Shown: positions 36,569-43,037 of the stretch, piece after piece
How positions within the stretch are numbered: the first letter of the stretch is position 1
How the letters are laid out: each line of letters begins with the position of its first letter
Assembly: GCA_030037855.1 (NCBI GenBank)
Contig: JASHPY010000082.1
Span: 1-43,037 of the forward strand
Direction: 5' to 3'
Source of the DNA: Thermoplasmata archaeon
GTDB lineage: Archaea > Thermoplasmatota > Thermoplasmata > Lutacidiplasmatales > UBA184
DNA length: 43,037 nucleotides
Program-made: the position numbers and the translations under genes
Notes under the pieces: generated by a model
What the model saw: the letters and a program-made list of their open reading frames with translations, nothing else
What the model was told of the DNA's origin: nothing
The model's database searches: none

Positions 36569-37518
36569 TCACCGGGCCCGAGTCCCGCCGCGCGCACGGC
36601 CCGGGCGCTCCAGCGGGCGAAGTCTCCGCCGTGGGGCGCTTCGACGACCCCGAGGACGACCGTACCGTCCTCCGTGCGGAGCGCGAACTCGGGGGCGGTC
36701 CGTTCGGCGCGCCGCAGGAGGCGCTGGCGGAGCTGCACGCTGTCCTTGAAGCGCGACGAGCAGTAGTGGACCGGCACCGACAGCCGGGTCTCCCGAACGA
36801 TGCGCTCGGCGACCGCCCGGCTGCCGCGGACCCCCCAGCCGTTCCGGGGGTCGACGCGGTAGCCTCGCGCGTGGAGCGCGTCCTCGTTCGTCTCGGAGAA
36901 CTCGAGCTCGTTCAGGTTCACGAAGTCGACACCGATCCGGTCGAGCGCGACCAGGAGTCGCCGCAGCTCCGCCTCCTTCTCGGGGAGCACCGGGATCTCG
37001 ACCCCGCGACGGATCCCCCAGTCGGGCGCCGCTTCGAGGACCGCGCGATACGCGCCCCCGCCGGCCGAGAGCGGCCCCCACAGGTAGTGCGGGATGTGGA
37101 GCCGAAACTCGTCGAGGCCCGCCGCCGCCAGGCGCCGGAGCTTCTCGGGATTCGGCTCGTGCGTGTAGAGATGGATGTGGTGGTCTCCGCCGAACTCGCT
37201 CTTCAAGAGGCGAACGTAGTGCTCGACCCGGTCGACGACCCCGAGCGGGTCCCCGCCGGTGATCCCGGTGCCGGCCGCACCGATCGCGCGGGCTTCCGCG
37301 AGCACGTCGGAGTCCGAGGTCACGCGTCGCTCGTTCGCGTAGACGACGTCGATCTGGTTGCGCGTCGGGGAGACCGGGCAGTAGAAGCAGCGGAAACGGC
37401 AGAGGCCCGTGACGAACAGCACCATCTTCCGCCCCTCCTTGCACTGCACGCAGGCCGGGGAGAGGTCGCCCCGGTAGCTCGACGCCATCGGCAGGAGGTG
37501 AAGGCCGCCGGGATCCAT
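36379..37518 (-). CDS. Radical SAM protein (uncharacterised archaeal COG2108-like)
   Basis: CVQC..GRKMVLFVTGLCRFRCFYCP, GITGGDP, HIHLYT, NLNELEFSETN, VHYCSSRFKD. Confidence 0.88.
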   Translation of the reverse strand: MDPGGLHLLPMASSYRGDLSPACVQCKEGRKMVLFVTGLCRFRCFYCPVSPTRNQIDVVYANERRVTSDSDVLAEARAIGAAGTGITGGDPLGVVDRVEHYVRLLKSEFGGDHHIHLYTHEPNPEKLRRLAAAGLDEFRLHIPHYLWGPLSAGGGAYRAVLEAAPDWGIRRGVEIPVLPEKEAELRRLLVALDRIGVDFVNLNELEFSETNEDALHARGYRVDPRNGWGVRGSRAVAERIVRETRLSVPVHYCSSRFKDSVQLRQRLLRRAERTAPEFALRTEDGTVVLGVVEAPHGGDFARWSARAVRAAGLGPGDYRRDAERRRLELGPERLRRVARRLPWPAFEVEVYPTEDALEVERNPLNSSARVKTGAVVGGT

Positions 37519-37713
37519 CGGACGGGACGGACGGAGCCCCCTCGGTAAAAGCGTTGCCGGACGCCGACGGGACCGCCACGAGTTCGGCGGCGGTGCGACG
37601 CTCGCGCTCTTCCGGTGGTGGCCGGACGCCACCAAGTGAGACCGAGGAACGGTCGGGGCGCAGGTTCAAATCCCCCGCCCGGCTGGGCGCGGCCGACTCC
37701 GGAGGGACTTCGC

Positions 37714-38472
37714 ATGGAGATGCAACCCGGTCAGATGGCGTACGACCGCGCGAGCACCGTCTTCTCGCCCGACGGCCGTCTGTTCCAGGTCGAGTACGCG
37801 CTGCAGGCGATCCAGATGGGAGGGACCGCGGTCGCGGTCACGTACGACACCGGGATCGTCTTCGTCGCGTTCCGTAACCTTCCGGTGAGTTCGCTCGCCG
37901 ACGCGGGCTCGGTCGAGAAGAGCTTCGCGGTCGATACCGGGTTGGGCTGCGTCACCGCCGGCCTGATCGCGGACTCGCGCGTGCTCGTCGAGTTTCTGCG
38001 GGTCGAAGCGCAGCGGCACCGCCTGACGTTCGGCGAACCGGCGCCGTACACCGTGCTCGGCCACGCGCTCGGCACGCTGCTCCAGCAGTTCACGCAGTTC
38101 GGTGGCACGCGCCCGTTCGCGGTGTCGCTGCTTCTCGGCGGCTTCAACGGCCGGACCCCCGGGCTCGTCGAGCTCGACCCGAGCGGCGCGACGATCGGCT
38201 GGCGCGCCTACGCGATCGGACGCAACCGCCGGGCGGTCGCGGACTACCTCGAGGAGAAGGTCAGCGACAAGCTCGACGAGGAGGCCGCGTTCAAGCTCGC
38301 CGTCCAGGCGGTCGCCGAGGGTTCGCCCACCCCGTTCCAGCCCGAGGCGCTGGACGCGGCGATCCTCGAGCCGGACATTGACCTCCGCCGGCTGCCGTCG
38401 TCCGAGGTCGCCCGCCGCGTGCAGGGGCTCCCGTTCGTCGGGACCCCCGAAAAGAAGTCGAACGGCCGCTGA
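37714..38472 (+). CDS. psmA: 20S proteasome alpha subunit (divergent)
   Basis: AYDRASTVFSPDGRLFQVEYA, GLIADSRVL, FTQFGGTRPFAVSLL, DPSG; GGAGG RBS. Confidence 0.92.
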   Translation: MEMQPGQMAYDRASTVFSPDGRLFQVEYALQAIQMGGTAVAVTYDTGIVFVAFRNLPVSSLADAGSVEKSFAVDTGLGCVTAGLIADSRVLVEFLRVEAQRHRLTFGEPAPYTVLGHALGTLLQQFTQFGGTRPFAVSLLLGGFNGRTPGLVELDPSGATIGWRAYAIGRNRRAVADYLEEKVSDKLDEEAAFKLAVQAVAEGSPTPFQPEALDAAILEPDIDLRRLPSSEVARRVQGLPFVGTPEKKSNGR

Positions 38473-38539
38473 TCGGCGACGGGGGCGTCCGTCACCGGCC
38501 CGAGGCGCGGACGCACGACGATGCGACGCGCGGGCGGCT

Positions 38540-40263
38540 CTAGCTTCCCGCGGGCCGCGCGCCGGCTCGGGCCGCGTCTTCGAACTCCTCGCGCAGTCGC
38601 ATCCGTCGCCGGGTCCGATGGTACGTGACCGCGAAGCGGTGCGACTCGTCGCGGACCGCGCGCAACAGAAGCATCGGCGGCGCGTTCGGGTTCGGCTTGA
38701 GCGGCGTCGCACGGTCCGGCACGTACACCTCCTCTTCCCGCTTGGCGAGACCGACCGCGGGGATCCGCTCGGTGAGCCCGAGCGCCGCGAGCGAGGCGAG
38801 GGCCGCGGAGAGTTGGCCGGCCCCGCCGTCGATCAGGAGGAGGTCGGGGAGCGGCTCCGACTCCGCCAGGCGGCGCAGGTAGCGACGCCGCACGACCTCC
38901 GCGACCATCGCGAAGTCGTTCATCCCGGGCACGGTGCGGATCCGGAACCTCCGGTATTCGGAGCGCTTCGGCAGGCCCCGCTCGAAGACCACCAGCGACC
39001 CGACCGCTTCCGCGCCCTGGAAGATCGAGATGTCGACGCCCTCGATCCGGTTCGGGATCGTCGGCAGCGTGAGGAGCGACTGGAGCGCCACGAGGACCTC
39101 GCGCGGCGCGGGGCGGGGGACGACCTGGTCGACCGTCGCCCGCGCGAGCCGCTCGGCGAGGCGGCCGAGCGCGGCGTACCGGCCGGTCGGCCGGAACTGG
39201 ACCTCCACGCCCCGGGCGCCGAACAGCTCGTCGAGCGTCGAGTCGATGGCGGCGGGCCGCGGGCCGACGACGTAGATCCGGTCCGGGAGCTCGAGCCGCC
39301 CGCCGTAGTACTGGCTGAGGAACTGGCGAAGGACCTCGCCCGGGTCCGGCATGTCGTCCGGCGGGATCGCGACCAGGTGCGGCTCGGTCCCGCGGACCTC
39401 GCCCTCGTCGACGTGGACGAGCCCCACGGCGACGCGCAGGGTCGCGGCGTCCTGCGGGAACGCGAGCGCGAGCACGTCCGCCCGCGCCGACCCGCGGCCG
39501 AGCACCGACTGCCGCTGGGCGAGCGCGCCGAGCCCCTGGAGCGCGTCGCGGAGCAGCGCGGCCCGTTCGAACTCCTCCTGCGCCGCCGCGCGGTGCATCT
39601 CCGCCTCGACCTCGCCGCGGACGAGCGACGCCTGACCCCGGAGGATCCCGACCGCCCGGTCGACCCGTTCGCGATACTCCGCGGCCCCGATCGCGCCGAT
39701 GCACGGCGCGCTGCAGACCTGGAGATGGTAGTACAGGCACGCCTGCTTGGGGAGTCGGACGCAGCGGCGCAACCGGAACAGGTCGCCGAGGAGGCGCTCG
39801 ACCCCGCGGGCCTCCCGCGCGCTCGTGTACGGCCCGAAGAGGAGCGTGCCGGGCCGGCGCCGCGGCCGCCGGACGAGGAGGATCCGCGGGTACTCCTCGC
39901 CCGCGGTGACCGCGAGATACGGGTAGCTCTTGTCGTCCTTCAGGAGCACGTTGTACGGGGGCTGGTGCTGCTTGACGAGGCTCGCCTCGAGCAGGAGCGC
40001 CTCGCGCTCGGTCGCCGTCGGGACGAACTCGACGCTCGCGCTCTGCGCGACGATCGTGCCGTCCTTCTCGATCTTGGCCCGCAGGTGGTCGAGGACCCGG
40101 CGGCGGAGGCTGCGGGCCTTCCCGACGTAGATGACCTCGCCCCGCGGCGAGCGGAACAGGTAGACGCCCGGAGCGTCCGGTCCGGTCCGGAACCCTTCGC
40201 CCGTGGCGGCCGCGAGCTGGCTGGCCGGCACGAACGCCGGGAGCTCGGGGCCCCGCCCCTCGC

Positions 40264-40267
<4 letters not shown>
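38540..40267 (-). CDS. uvrC: Excinuclease ABC subunit C (no C-terminal HhH domain)
   Basis: GVYLF..IYVGKA (GIY-YIG), Cys cluster, FERAALLRD, EGVDIS, PDLLLIDGG, RDESHRFA; ATGA overlap with uvrA. Confidence 0.93.

Positions 40268-43037
<2,770 letters not shown>

Noticed and set aside
37651-37680. GGTTCAAATCCC resembling a tRNA T-arm or an att copy of tRNA-Thr
   Set aside because: The T-stem does not pair, there is no cloverleaf, orientation is opposite and there is no integrase; better explained as the psmA TATA region.

Overview
A very GC-rich, gene-dense archaeal chromosomal segment. It is most consistent with a high-GC Thermoplasmata lineage: the proteasome alpha N-terminus QPGQMAYDRASTVFSPDGRLFQVEYA closely resembles that of Thermoplasma, and the window has a membrane-anchored LonB, an archaeal NMN adenylyltransferase and TATA-box promoters. 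I found no transposase, integrase, CRISPR array or rRNA. It carries about 50 CDS and one tRNA-Thr(CGT). Themes are proteolysis (M3 oligopeptidase, ACE-like M2 peptidase, HtrA/PDZ protease, LonB, a divergent proteasome alpha), DNA repair (UvrA partial, UvrC, AlkD-like, RNase HI, single-OB SSB, DUF429) and cofactor/redox enzymes (RibA, FolD, NadM, GltD-like, FNR-like, lactate monooxygenase-like, radical SAM). It also holds many small Cys/His metal-binding proteins, several missed by the ORF track. Best leads: a wHTH / small helical protein / cytoplasmic HtrA module; a possible domesticated mobile-element replication protein that lost its ATPase core; a tandem classical C2H2 zinc-finger microprotein; Cys microproteins translationally coupled to lonB and to a FolD lacking the cyclohydrolase lysine; an HhH-less UvrC; and a probable second proteasome alpha. 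Family calls come from motif recognition only and no searches were run. Start codons were often moved from the ORF track and are best estimates.
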